Shown: positions 9,913-20,391 of the stretch, in pieces
How positions within the stretch are numbered: the stretch's first letter is position 1
Layout of the letters: every line of letters begins with the position of its first letter
The notes under the pieces: generated by a model
Seen by the model: the letters and a program-made list of their open reading frames with translations, nothing else
What the model was told of the DNA's origin: nothing
Databases searched by the model: none
Assembly: GCA_965263355.1 (NCBI GenBank)
Contig: CBDHHL010000032.1
Coordinates: 3,871,140-3,935,139 of the forward strand
Reading direction: 5' to 3'
DNA length: 64,000 bases
Source: Leptolyngbyaceae cyanobacterium
GTDB taxonomy: Bacteria > Cyanobacteriota > Cyanobacteriia > Phormidesmidales > Phormidesmidaceae
Made by a program: the position numbers and the translations under genes

Positions 9913-11040
9913 TTACGGTGCTAATAGATGGCCATTCTTGACGTGTAGTACTTGTGAAGATGTAAGCCACTTTGTATCGAATGAGCCTAGGTGGGTAGTG
10001 GTGATTAAGGTTTGAAATCGCTCTTGGATGGTATCGAGTAACTGGTTTTGGCGATTTAAGTCCAGTTCAGCTAGCACATCATCAAGTAACAATAATGGTG
10101 GTTCTCCTACCACGTCTTCAATTAACTGGAGTTCAGAGAGTTTAAGGGCCAATACCAGAGTTCGCTGCTGCCCCTGGGAACCGTATTGACGAGCTGGTGT
10201 AGTATTGATAAAGAAGCTGATGTCATCCCGGTGAGGACCTACCAATGTAGTGCGTTGGTAGTATTCAGCCATGGCGCGGGCTTGTAATTTTTCTAGAAAT
10301 GCCTGTTGAATGTGGCTAGCATCATCGCTATCGACATCCACATTAGGGCTGTAGTAAATCTCTAGTTGTTCACTGCTACCGCTAATGGCTTGATGCCAAG
10401 ATTGGGCAATGGGAATCAGCCGTTGTAGCATACGTGCCCGTCGTCGAATGACACGAGTGCCCAGGGTTACTAGTTGAGTATCCCATAGGGCTAGCTGAGT
10501 GGGGTCAAGCGGGGGGGGCTGATCAGAGTCGGCAGTGTGTTGTTTGATAAACGCGTTGCGCTGTTTGAGGACCTGATTGTACTGCTGCAGAATATGAACA
10601 TAGACTGGCTCTAGCTGCATCAGCAAGGTATCAGTCCAGGTGCGCCGGATGCCGGGACCGCCGCGTACCAGATCCAGGTCTAAGCAGGAAAATTGAACTG
10701 CATTGAGACACCCCAGGAAGTCTTGTTGTCGTCGAAGCGTTTCTCCATTAATTATCGCTGTGCGCCGACTGCCCCGGCGTAACGTCAGTTGGAGGGAGGA
10801 TAGGCCCAGTTCTCGTTTGAGATTGGCCCGAATTTGGGCGGTGGGCATATCGGTTTGGATCAGGTCGCGATCGCGACTACTCCGATGGGACTTTAGCGTA
10901 GCTAGTAATTCCACTGCCTCTAACAGGTTAGATTTGCCCTGGGCATTTTCCCCCAGCAGAATAGTCTTGGGTGCCGAAAATTCGACGGCCTGGTCACCGT
11001 AGTTGCGAAATTGTTTGAGGTGCAGAGATTGAAGAAACAT
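9913..11040 (-). CDS. recF: DNA replication/repair protein RecF
   Basis: GENAQGKSN Walker [26 protein letters not shown]. Confidence 0.97.
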   Translation of the reverse strand: MFLQSLHLKQFRNYGDQAVEFSAPKTILLGENAQGKSNLLEAVELLATLKSHRSSRDRDLIQTDMPTAQIRANLKRELGLSSLQLTLRRGSRRTAIINGETLRRQQDFLGCLNAVQFSCLDLDLVRGGPGIRRTWTDTLLMQLEPVYVHILQQYNQVLKQRNAFIKQHTADSDQPPPLDPTQLALWDTQLVTLGTRVIRRRARMLQRLIPIAQSWHQAISGSSEQLEIYYSPNVDVDSDDASHIQQAFLEKLQARAMAEYYQRTTLVGPHRDDISFFINTTPARQYGSQGQQRTLVLALKLSELQLIEDVVGEPPLLLLDDVLAELDLNRQNQLLDTIQERFQTLITTTHLGSFDTKWLTSSQVLHVKNGHLLAP

Positions 11041-11059
11041 AGATAGCCAGGACGCTAAC

Positions 11060-11193
11060 CTAGTGAAGTGTCAAAGCTAAAAGTTGGGATGCGGCATTGA
11101 TGAAGAGTAAAGGGTAAAGAGTGACTTTTCATCCCTTTAACTCGTTACTTTTTACTGACCTCGTCCTAAATCTTAGTTTTGATAGACCACTAG
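11060..11193. mobile_element. MITE-like element with CTAG ends, copy 1
   Basis: CTAGTG..TGTCAA / TTGATAGACCACTAG ends; diverged reverse complement of 63695-63829. Confidence 0.7.
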
Positions 11194-11200
11194 TCTAGGA

Positions 11201-12301
11201 TTAAACCTTATCTACAGCCAGTGAAACGGGCAGCATCTGGTTGAGATGAATCGTTTGTTCACCACACCAGTCTAAAACCCGGTTCCAGGCCCACCAGCGG
11301 TCGGGGTCCTTTAGTTTGTGTTGACAGGCATTGCTGCTGATATAGCCTACATGGCCCCCTTGGGCAGTCATGATTAAATCTATGGCCGAGTTAGCGGCAC
11401 ACTGGGTCTGGATATCGGGTACGAGGGTGGGGTCAAATAGCGGATCGTCAGCGGCGTAGATGATTAGCGTAGGCTTTTTGAGTTCTGGTAAAAGATACAA
11501 CCCGCTGGTGGCTCTGTAATAATCTTCTACGGATTTAAAGCCTAGACGTCCGATCACCATTTCATGGTCAAAGCTCCAAATGCTGTGCACACGTTCAGCA
11601 GCAGCTGGATCAAAGGCGTTGGGGTGGTCTTGTAATAGCGTTTGCAGTAGTCGCTTAAGTTTGCGAGTGATGGCTTTTTCCAGGTATTTGCCGAGGGGGG
11701 CGTTGGTTAGGTATTGGAGCGATCGCAACGATTCCAACGCCGGACAAATCACTGCACACCCACCAATATCCTCTGAGGATAGGTCTAGATCGGCTCCCCA
11801 CTGAGGTAAGTCCTGGGCTGCCTTGATACCCCACAACGCTAGCAGGCCCCCCAGGGAAAATGACGTAAACCAAATGGGTGTGGGACAGCCCATGGCCTTG
11901 GCGGCGGCTGCAATTCTGACAAAGTCCTCCCCTTCGTAAAGACCGTCGGAGGTTAGGGTGGGCGATAATTGGGCAGTTTTGCCATGGGCACGCCAATCGT
12001 AAATTACCACGGCATAGCCCTGGGCATAGGCTTTACGCCCCATAATGCGCAGAAACCATTGGTTGTCGAGGTCCCCTGTGATGCCATAGGTGCCGATAAT
12101 CGTGCCTTGCGGATTCGGCGGGATAGCCACCAGACCAAAAATGGGCACCCCTTGCGCACCTGTGAAAATGGTTTCCTGATAGGTGGGCTCTGGGTCAGAT
12201 AGGGTAGATTGCCAGTGTTTACCCGCTCGTACTCCCGCATGAATCGTCATCAGTAAGCCATTGGTCAGTGGCCAGGGTGCCTGATAGGGAATGGAGTTCA
12301 T
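11201..12301 (-). CDS. YheT-family alpha/beta hydrolase
   Basis: SFSLGG nucleophile elbow, AADDP, GGHVGY. Confidence 0.85.
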   Translation of the reverse strand: MNSIPYQAPWPLTNGLLMTIHAGVRAGKHWQSTLSDPEPTYQETIFTGAQGVPIFGLVAIPPNPQGTIIGTYGITGDLDNQWFLRIMGRKAYAQGYAVVIYDWRAHGKTAQLSPTLTSDGLYEGEDFVRIAAAAKAMGCPTPIWFTSFSLGGLLALWGIKAAQDLPQWGADLDLSSEDIGGCAVICPALESLRSLQYLTNAPLGKYLEKAITRKLKRLLQTLLQDHPNAFDPAAAERVHSIWSFDHEMVIGRLGFKSVEDYYRATSGLYLLPELKKPTLIIYAADDPLFDPTLVPDIQTQCAANSAIDLIMTAQGGHVGYISSNACQHKLKDPDRWWAWNRVLDWCGEQTIHLNQMLPVSLAVDKV

Positions 12302-12424
12302 TGGGAGATGCGGCTGATGTGTAAGATTTCACTATGCCATAAGTCTGCTGGGGAATCTGTATAGGTGATTCAAGCGGAATAGCAATCGGGCAATGTAAGC
12401 TTCCAAAAAAATTAGCGACAGTTA

Positions 12425-12455
12425 TTGACAGTGCAAGGCTAAAAGCTGCTAATAT
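12425..12455 (+). promoter_or_regulatory. Possible sigma70 promoter for tRNA-Gln
   Basis: TTGACA-N19-TAATAT; spacer is longer than optimal. Confidence 0.35.
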
Positions 12456-12516
12456 ACATTAGCTGGTGGCTACTACTAGCTAAGTACTGGTTAATCTAGT
12501 GCTTGCTTTTACACAA

Positions 12517-12588
12517 TGGGGTGTGGCCAAGCGGTAAGGCAGCGGGTTTTGGTCCCGTCATTCGTAGGTTCGAATCCTACCACCCCAG
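12517..12588 (+). tRNA. trnQ: tRNA-Gln (anticodon TTG), CCA not encoded
   Basis: Cloverleaf: TGGGGTG/CACCCCA acceptor, GCGGG-TTTTGGT-CCCGT anticodon arm, GTAGG-TTCGAAT-CCTAC T arm. Confidence 0.97.
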
Positions 12589-12614
12589 TTAGTTTCAGAG
12601 ATTAACTAAAAGGA

Positions 12615-12636
12615 TTTGCCGCAAGTTTGCCGCAAG
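12615..12636. repeat. 11-bp tandem repeat beside the att site (possible integrase arm sites)
   Basis: TTTGCCGCAAG x2. Confidence 0.5.
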
Positions 12637-12735
12637 TATTTTCAGGTTAAGGTACATGGTTCGACGCAATCTTGGCATTGACTACAATAGTCATGCTGAT
12701 CCTCAATAACCTGATTGAGAAGGGTGAAGTAAAAG

Positions 12736-13398
12736 ATGGTTCAAGCAATTGCGATTTCTGAGAAGACTAGTCTGTATGACCTGAAAAAAGAGTTTGGATT
12801 GCAGCCAGTTGCTGACGACTCTACCTTTTCTGAATTGAAGGATAACCTGCCTGAATTGACTGCTCAGGAAAAAGAACGGCTTGATCAGGTGCAAGGGCAT
12901 TTTCTAGCCTTAACGGAGCGATCGCTCATTTCCGAAAACCTGGTCAAAATGGCAGTCGTTTCTCCTTTGCTAGAGCTAGCAGGGTTTTACAGCAGGAATA
13001 CTCAGGTTCGTGATGAATTTCCGGTTGAGATTTCAGGACAGGACGAGGGGACTCTTTATCGTGGCCGTATTGATATCTTGGTCTTTCAAGAGAAACTGTG
13101 GGTGGTAATGATTGAATCCAAACACAGCGAGTTTTCCCTTAATAAAGCAATGCCTCAAGGGTTGGCGTACATGTTAGCAAGCCCAAATGTAAATAGTGAG
13201 CCACCTCAGGATACGTTTGGTTTGCTGACCAATGGCAGCGATTTTCGTTTTCTGAAAGTTATCCATAAACCGACTCCAAGCTATAGTGTATCGGCTATTT
13301 TTTCTTTGATAGATCCGGGAAATGACCTCTACACCGTACTACAAATCTTGAAACTGTTGGCCCAGAAGGTTTTGATGCACAAACAATTGCAACATTAA
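12736..13398 (+). CDS. HsdR-N-like PD-(D/E)XK nuclease-fold protein
   Basis: RGRIDILV...IESK..QGLAYM, FGLLTNGSDF. Confidence 0.75.
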   Translation: MVQAIAISEKTSLYDLKKEFGLQPVADDSTFSELKDNLPELTAQEKERLDQVQGHFLALTERSLISENLVKMAVVSPLLELAGFYSRNTQVRDEFPVEISGQDEGTLYRGRIDILVFQEKLWVVMIESKHSEFSLNKAMPQGLAYMLASPNVNSEPPQDTFGLLTNGSDFRFLKVIHKPTPSYSVSAIFSLIDPGNDLYTVLQILKLLAQKVLMHKQLQH

Positions 13399-13421
13399 AA
13401 ATAATTAGCGGTGTTGGTGAG

Positions 13422-13619
13422 TCAACATTTCATTACATGGAGTAAATCCTCTTGGAAGCGTGCTCGGTAGGCCTCGAATAGTTGAATGGGGTCAAGGTTA
13501 ATATCAGTGGAAAAGAGCAAGGCATAGCATAGTCGTTCGGGATGTTTACGATTGAGCAGATACACCACTCGAATCTTGCGCCTGAGGCAAACAGACCAGA
13601 CAACCGCTGTGTAGAGCAA
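13422..13619 (-). pseudogene. DDE transposase fragment (IS4-like)
   Basis: LLFSTDINL..YRARFQ motif; truncated at both ends. Confidence 0.7.
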
Positions 13620-13810
13620 GTCCAGAGGTTACTGAATGGACTTACAGGAGAAGAACTGCCTTCGCCTTCTTGTGTCCCAGAAGAAGATGCTCATACTGAA
13701 TGATCTTATTGAAGACTCATGAGTGTGATTTTGTTTAGCTAAGATAAATCTTGATGTTTTGGGTATCGTAATCAAAATGTGGAACCGAAACGATATCTAT
13801 AATGGCGTGT

Positions 13811-13942
13811 GCGATCGCACTAAAATAGAGATCCCCTTGCTGAGGAATACCTGATGCCTTCGCCGCTGCCTGGAATGGATCCTTATCTGGAACACCCACG
13901 TTCCTGGCCAAACTTCCATCATCGGTTAATTAGTGCGATCGC
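13811..13942 (+). repeat. 132-bp direct repeat copy 1 (upstream region plus 5' end of DUF4058 gene), HIP1 at both ends
   Basis: 4 mismatches versus 15160-15291, all upstream of the ATG. Confidence 0.93.
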
Positions 13943-13962
13943 TATGCTCATTGACAGAAGTC

Positions 13963-15042
13963 TTAACCATCTTTTTGGCTAGAAGATTGATCGCTTTTAG
14001 CCTCAATTTCCTGGAATGCAGTCTCTAATTCAATTTCCAATTGCTCAATAGTGGGTAGGCTACATTTAATTGTCTCTGGCAACTCATCACTCAGTTGATA
14101 GGTCGCAACGCCAATAGGTCTTTGAAGATCTTGAAGTGCAAATTCGACCGTTGTTTTACGTTTACTACGGCACAGAATAATCCCTATGGTTTGATTATCG
14201 CCATCTGCACGGAGATAATGATCAACTGCTGAGACATAGAAATTCATTTTGCCTGAAAATTCAGGTATAAATTCTTTCATTTTGAGGTCGATGACAATAT
14301 AGCAGTGTAATCGAGTGTGATAAAAGAGCAAGTCCAGACGGTACTCGATATCATCCACAACCACTGGATATTGACTACCCAAAAAAGCAAATCCCAGACC
14401 TAGCTCTAGTAAAAAATCACGAATATGTTCCAGCAATCCTCGTTCTAATTCACGTTCTAGAGCATCCTGACCAAGGGTTAAAAAGTCAAAATTGTAGGGG
14501 TCCTTAATCAATTCCTGTGCCAGCTCTGATTGCGGCTTGGGCAGGGTTTTCTCAAAATTAGTAACAGCGCTACCCTGACGATGGTACAAACGAGTATCAA
14601 TTTGAATCGCCAAAATATTTCGACTCCATCCATTTTCAATGGTTTTTTGGATGTACCAAAGGCGCTCGTTTGGGTCTTTGACCTTATCGAGAATGATGCA
14701 GTTATGCTTCCACGGAATTTGTCCACCAAGCTGGTGGACAAATTGCTCATCGGACCATGCTTCAGCAAATGCCCGCATATACATCAAATTTGTGCGGGAA
14801 AATCCTTTGATATCTGGAAAGGAACGTTTGAGATCTTTGGATAGACGATCAATGACCTTGCTACCCCAACCTTCCTGCTGCTGACGCTGTAGGATGTCTC
14901 GACCGATTTTCCAATAGAGCAAAATCAATTCAGAATTAACCGCAAGGGCAGCTTTGACCTGGGATGTTTTGATCAGGGTCTTGAGGTCGCTCAGAAAACG
15001 TGCGTAAGCATCAGGAGGAAGTAAAGGCGGTTGCGACGGCAT
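13963..15042 (-). CDS. YhcG/DUF1016 PDDEXK nuclease-domain protein
   Basis: LYWKIG, WGSKVID, KDPYNFDFL, GFAFLGSQ, DLLFYH..IDLK, GKMNFY. Confidence 0.92.
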   Translation of the reverse strand: MPSQPPLLPPDAYARFLSDLKTLIKTSQVKAALAVNSELILLYWKIGRDILQRQQQEGWGSKVIDRLSKDLKRSFPDIKGFSRTNLMYMRAFAEAWSDEQFVHQLGGQIPWKHNCIILDKVKDPNERLWYIQKTIENGWSRNILAIQIDTRLYHRQGSAVTNFEKTLPKPQSELAQELIKDPYNFDFLTLGQDALERELERGLLEHIRDFLLELGLGFAFLGSQYPVVVDDIEYRLDLLFYHTRLHCYIVIDLKMKEFIPEFSGKMNFYVSAVDHYLRADGDNQTIGIILCRSKRKTTVEFALQDLQRPIGVATYQLSDELPETIKCSLPTIEQLEIELETAFQEIEAKSDQSSSQKDG

Positions 15043-15159
15043 AGGGCGGCAGATAGTCAGTATTGATGCTCCACAGGCTGAAGCGTTCTTTGGGAGTAGA
15101 ACACTTGAACCATATCATAGCTGTCTTTTTTGCTGCTAATCTGCTTTACGTTGGAGATT

Positions 15160-15291
15160 GCGATCGCACTAAAATAAAGATCCCTTTGCTGAGAAATAGC
15201 TGATGCCTTCGCCGCTGCCTGGAATGGATCCTTATCTGGAACACCCACGTTCCTGGCCAAACTTCCATCATCGGTTAATTAGTGCGATCGC
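15160..15291 (+). repeat. 132-bp direct repeat copy 2, HIP1 at both ends
   Basis: GCGATCGC at 15160 and 15284. Confidence 0.93.
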
Positions 15292-15995
15292 CATCAGCCT
15301 AGGCCCACAACTACGTCCCAAATATCGCGTCGTAGTCGAAGAAGCCATTTATCAGACTGAGGGGCAGGATTCAGTTTTGGTGGGCGTCCCTGACGTCACT
15401 ATCCAAAAAGCAAAGGGCACTCAATCCGCTACTGAGGCAACTTTAGGTACAACAGTAGCTCAACCCATCCTGGTCGATTTGCCCATGCCGGAGGTCGTTC
15501 GACAGGGATACCTCGAAATTCGAGAAGTAGCTACCAGTGAAGTCATCACCGTCATTGAAGTTCTATCGCCCACCAATAAACGCCCTGGCGAAGGCAGACA
15601 GACGAACTTACGAAGCAAAACGTCAGGTCATTCTAGCCAGTGCCACTAACCTAGTAGAAATCGATTTGCTACGACAGTGGCCTCCCATAGTGCAGTTGCC
15701 AGAGCAGCTCCAAACTCATTACCGTATTTTGGTCAGTGCCAGTTCCCAACGCCCCCAAGCAAGCCTTTACGCATTTAATGTGCCAGCCCCCATTCCTGCA
15801 TTTCCATTACCGCTACAGGAAACAGAGTCAGAACCCATCGTTAACCTGCAAAATTTACTGGGTGATATTTATGACCAGTCAGGCTATGACTTAGTGATTG
15901 ACTACAGTGAGCCACCGGTCCCTCCACTGAAAGAAGCAGACTCCGTGTGGTTAGCAGAATGGCTTACCAAGATTCGCGATGAATCAGAACGCTAG
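15203..15995 (+). pseudogene. DUF4058-family protein, frameshifted
   Basis: MPSPLPGMDPYLE...IEVLSPTNK continues in a second frame as LVEIDLLR; AGAC duplicated at 15596-15603. Confidence 0.85.
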
Positions 15996-16146
15996 CAGCA
16001 GTCACACTAAGGCTGCACTTATATAGTTCATACGAACTAATGTAATAAAAATTTAGCTTCCTAATTCTAAGAATTTAGCGCTACATCAAAAATGCTCAAA
16101 TCATTTGCCTCAGAAGGGTTTGGAGTGAATTCTGACGTGAATAATA

Positions 16147-16193
16147 GGTTTTGGTCCCGTCATTCGTAGGTTCGAATCCTACCACCCCAGTTA
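16147..16193 (+). repeat. att-like duplicate of the tRNA-Gln 3' half
   Basis: GGTTTTGGTCCCGTCATTCGTAGGTTCGAATCCTACCACCCCAGTTA. Confidence 0.95.
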
Positions 16194-16281
16194 TTATCAA
16201 GAATTTACTAGAAAGGTTTGCTGAAAAGCTTGTTTTTTTGTGCAGCAGTTCTAGCAGTGGTTAGCTCACAGAAAAATGTAT

Positions 16282-16533
16282 CTACTGTTCAGATGGTGAA
16301 TCTTCTTTGAGGATGTCGCCCAGATAAAGCTGTACAAACTGTTCAGCCGCTTCAAACTTAATCTGTTTCAATGCTCGGGTAATTTCCACAACGGTTTCTG
16401 ACGTTGGTTCACGTTTCCCATGAAACCACTTATAAACAGTGGCACGGTCAATACCTAAAATGACAGCCAATTGATTTTGGCTGATGTTTTGACACTGTAA
16501 TGTTTGCTTAAGTGCTAATCCTGCCCTTCCCAT
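16282..16533 (-). CDS. XRE-family HTH regulator
   Basis: ISQNQLAVILGIDRATVYKWFHGKREP. Confidence 0.88.
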   Translation of the reverse strand: MGRAGLALKQTLQCQNISQNQLAVILGIDRATVYKWFHGKREPTSETVVEITRALKQIKFEAAEQFVQLYLGDILKEDSPSEQ

Positions 16534-16569
16534 ACTGCTAATCGTGTCAGAGCAGGATTAGTCAAGTAA

Positions 16570-16620
16570 ATGTAGTTCAAAAAGTCTACAGTATGTTAAT
16601 GTAGACCTACTGAACCACAT
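16570..16620. promoter_or_regulatory. Paired inverted operator-like sites between divergent genes
   Basis: ATGTAGTTCAAAAAGTCTACA and TGTAGACCTACTGAACCACAT are imperfect inverted copies. Confidence 0.55.
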
Positions 16621-16636
16621 CAAGGAGTGCATACTA

Positions 16637-16927
16637 ATGGCTGATGAAGCTGAGCGTAAGCCTATCGATCCATCTGCATCATCCGAGTTAGCTGCCACCT
16701 CAAGGTCAAATCAGGAACCTGTCCGTTTAATGATTAGTGGCTCCCATTAGGGGATTAAGGTCATGATTCATACACTCTTTCAATGTGGCATTGCACCAGT
16801 GGATGCTTGGAGTAAACTGCAGCAAGTTCCCCATAGCAATAGCTTGATGAGCATCATGACCAGATATATACAAAAGCCGGACAGGGGAGACGGGGCAAAT
16901 CAAGCAGTTCAATTACCAGAAGGATAG
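16637..16927 (+). pseudogene. Small cyanobacterial hypothetical protein divergent from the XRE gene, internal TAG
   Basis: AAGGAG RBS; EPVRLMISGSH*GIKVMIHTL..WSKLQ..LMSIMTRY; stop at 16748-16750. Confidence 0.6.
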
Positions 16928-16934
16928 TTATAGT

Positions 16935-17390
16935 TTGGAGCTTTTAGGGATTTCTCAAGCAGTTTATGCTCAGGATTTTTTTATCGAGCTGGGCTATGGC
17001 TTTTGCTTTATTGGCAATCAGTATCGACTGGCGTTAGGAGATAACGAGTATTTCCTGGATTTACTGTTTTATCACCGCTTTTTGAAGTGCTTGGTGGCGA
17101 TTGAGCTAAAGACAGGGCGATTTCGATCAGAGTACGCAGGAAAGATGGATTTTTACCTGGAGATTCTCAACGACTAGGAGCGGGCACCGGATGATAACCC
17201 AGCGATCGGCATTATTCTGTGCGCGGAGAAGGATCGGTTGGAGGTTGAGTTTAGTCTGAAATCGAAGGCGAATCCGATTGGCGTGGCTACATATCAGCTA
17301 TATCCCGAAGTGCCGGAGGAATATAAGGGTATGCTACCCACCGATGACGATTGGCAAAAGTTACTGGAATCGGCATTATCAGAAGAATAA
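16935..17390 (+). pseudogene. DUF1016/YhcG C-terminal remnant with internal TAG
   Basis: ELGYGFCFIGNQ..DLLFYHRFL..GKMDFY, stop at 17175-17177, then NPAIGIILC..PIGVATYQL. Confidence 0.85.
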
Positions 17391-17750
17391 TAAGCCAGTT
17401 AGAAAGTCTCTAGACAGGGCTTGAAAAGAGTGGTGAGAGATTTATGCTACGGCTCATAGAACTTTCATACTCATAGCTTAAGTAACTTAGTCAACAGAAG
17501 ACACAGACTAGCTTATGCTTAGAACTTAGCCTGTTGTGTTGATTAGTTGTGGCTTTATGCTTGCGACACAATGTCGTTCTAATGGGTGAAGAACTCTCTC
17601 CCTTCCAGTCTAGACTCAAGGTTGTCCCAACGCCATTTAATTTGTTACTGTACATCTAGTGACAACAGTTTCAGTGGGCAAGCCAGCCATAATTTCGTTG
17701 GATAAATTAGGTAACTAAAATATGTTTTCTTCTAGCTGCAGAGAACTTTA

Positions 17751-18448
17751 CTAAGACAACTCTGCCGTATCATAGTTGATGACATTGGGAACCAGTCTTT
17801 GTACAGAATGGGTAATTAATGAACGGTCAAACTGCATCCATGAACGTGGTCGATCAAGAATACCCACGCGTAAAATTCCCCATAGCTGATAGCCCTTAAT
17901 AATATGCCCTTGAGCTAGTGCATGCTCTTCTCGCATCAATGGACCAGTATCTCGCAAGCCATCTCGATATTCAGCGTTAATGTTGTCCATAAACACTGAA
18001 AGTTCTGCTGCTAAAGCAGATTTAAACAGCGGGCTACGTAACAGCTGTTTATCTTCAAGATGCCAGCTATTTTCTGGCATTTCTGAATGACTGTAGTTTT
18101 TTCCCAATAATGGGTCATCCTGCTGAAATGTTGCTGCGGATGACGTAGATAGAGAAAACAATAGTCACATTTGATCAGATAGCCCAGCATCGGTAGCACT
18201 TGATCTAAGATATCTTCGTCGCTCTCAGATCTGTGAAATACAGCCTCAAGCTCTCCCGGATAGGCTGGATTATATACCGAGCCTTGAAAGTCATGAAATA
18301 GGTTGGATTCATGTAAATAATAACTCTTATAGATAAGAATTCTTGGATGGCAACTTGAATTTTGAGCGTTGCTAAGCCCTGGATCACTTAAGTCGCCAGC
18401 AGAAATCTGTGTTAAGTAATCTCTTCTCAGGGGCAACATAACTAGCAC
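17751..18448 (-). pseudogene. GAF-domain protein split by a frameshift near 18100
   Basis: CDYCFLYLRHP in one frame; PLFKSAL..QLWGIL..PRSW in the other. Confidence 0.65.
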
Positions 18449-19293
18449 TCTAGCAGAGAATCACACTGATGACATTGCAAAACAACAATTAAACGAGCCG
18501 TTACCGGTACTTTGCGGACATCAGTAAAAGAATGCTCACAGTGAGCAAAAACACTTACTTTAGTATTCAATTACTACCTGCCAATAGTAACTCTGCAGCT
18601 TACTGAGTAGAGAAAGCCCCAACATTTCATAGTGGGCGTTAAAAACCATCAGAAAGCTATTATTCAAAATTCGTTCTCCACGATGGGCAGGTGTAAATTT
18701 CTCTACCATTGAGAAGCACATATGGACCCTTAATCAATCCAGCATTCTACTGAATCTTCTATCATGGATATTATGTCATCAACGTTGTAGTAGCCATCAG
18801 AACTGTGGATAGCCCTCCCCTGAAACCACTGGCATCTGGGAAAAACTGGATGTTCCACCAAAAGGTTTTTATCCAATGTGTATCGCCCAAAAATGTTGCC
18901 GTTAAATGGCAGCACTGTTGCTTTCTTAGGACAATAACGACAGGAATATCAGTATCTCCTTCGGTACCACATTTTCAAAAACGGTTGTGGACCTCTCCGT
19001 CACAGTCACCCTCTTTATCGGCTTTATTGTGCTAGCGCTTGTAGCTCACTAAGTCAAACAGGGTGAATTCCGTCATGAGCTGTAATAAAGTTCCCGCTAA
19101 CATGGAAACGACGACGACTGTAATCCTATAAGCCTATGGTTCCGACCTTGAAGAAATGGAAGCCAATAAGGAAAAGGAGTTTCTGATACTAGAGGATGAG
19201 CTAACTTTAGCGAAGGCGAAGGTAGTAGCGATGCCTCATTCTGAGGATGTGTCGGCTTAGGTTATTGCGATTTCTTCTGTCCGACACCTCAAA

Positions 19294-20391
19294 TCAGCTG
19301 CTAGCTTGACTGCGACGAAAAATTTCGATAGATACTAACTTATTAGTATCAGAATCCCACAAAATAAATTTGGCGCAATCGAGCATTTTGCTCATCTGAA
19401 TAGTTTTTGAGTCCAAGAGAAGGTGCTTATTTTTCTGATAGCATAACTTTAGATTATAGTTAGGAATTCTTTCAGAAAGATGATGAATATGATGATAGCT
19501 AATGTCAGCAGTAAACCACTTTAAGATAACGGGTAAATCCAAGTAACTGCTGCCTTCCACCGCTCCTGCCAAATAGTCCCAACCTTCCGTTTTGTGGGCA
19601 TAAGCTCCATCAAAATTATGTTGTACGAAAAAAACAGTAATAAAAATCGAAGCTGAAAGAGTTAGTACAGTAGAGTATATCCCTAAGAAAAAGTATGCTC
19701 CTAGCCAATGGCAAAGGAAAATCCATCCCCCAATTACAAAAATATTATTGAGCAGGATATCCCAAAATTCATCAGCTGTAGACCAATGCTTAGGTTTATG
19801 AGCCGAAAGTATTGCCGATAGGTTAGTTCTAGGATTAGCCTTTAAATAGCCAATGCTATGACGAATGAAATCATAAATACCCAGGATTAAAATAATTCTT
19901 GGTTTAAATGCTAGATAGAAAAAACCACCAGGAAAAGTCATCAATGGATGTCTCATCAATTCATATAAATTTTGCTCTGATAGAGCGAGTTGGGCATACT
20001 CTTCAGTCGATAAGAAGTCCCCAATACCTCGATATCGCTCCCAGTCACCATTGGTTTTGTGATGATAAGCATGGTCCCGAGACCACCAATATTGAGGCAT
20101 AGCATTGACTAGGCCAAACAAAAATCCAACTATTCGGTTGATTCTTTTTGACCTGAAAAGTGAGTAGTGGCCACAGTCATGCATTAAGGAGAAGCAGCGT
20201 AGTGAAAAGAGCACCAGGCAAATGATGACCAGAGGTAATAGGTAAATAGAAAACTGAACTGATTTCACTGCTAAAAACCACAGAAAAATATAAGGAACTA
20301 GTGTGTTTAAGACCTGATACGTGGCTCGCCAATTATTGCTCTGCATGTAAGGACTCAGAACAAAATCAGACTTTTCAATTGTTTGTTTCAT
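19294..20391 (-). CDS. Membrane fatty acid desaturase
   Basis: His boxes HDCGH, HAYHH, HHIHH; IPNYNL. Confidence 0.9.
   Translation of the reverse strand: MKQTIEKSDFVLSPYMQSNNWRATYQVLNTLVPYIFLWFLAVKSVQFSIYLLPLVIICLVLFSLRCFSLMHDCGHYSLFRSKRINRIVGFLFGLVNAMPQYWWSRDHAYHHKTNGDWERYRGIGDFLSTEEYAQLALSEQNLYELMRHPLMTFPGGFFYLAFKPRIILILGIYDFIRHSIGYLKANPRTNLSAILSAHKPKHWSTADEFWDILLNNIFVIGGWIFLCHWLGAYFFLGIYSTVLTLSASIFITVFFVQHNFDGAYAHKTEGWDYLAGAVEGSSYLDLPVILKWFTADISYHHIHHLSERIPNYNLKLCYQKNKHLLLDSKTIQMSKMLDCAKFILWDSDTNKLVSIEIFRRSQASS

Larger units (their letters stand above)
12545..16193. mobile_element. tRNA-Gln-integrated element bounded by 47-bp direct repeats; no integrase
   Basis: 12545-12591 is identical to 16147-16193. 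Confidence 0.85.

Noticed and set aside
16147..16193. Second tRNA-Gln gene
   Set aside because: Only the 3' half is present, with no 5' acceptor strand or D arm; treated as an att duplicate.
18730..19260. Short ORF fragments between the GAF gene and the desaturase
   Set aside because: Interrupted frames with no family I can recognise.
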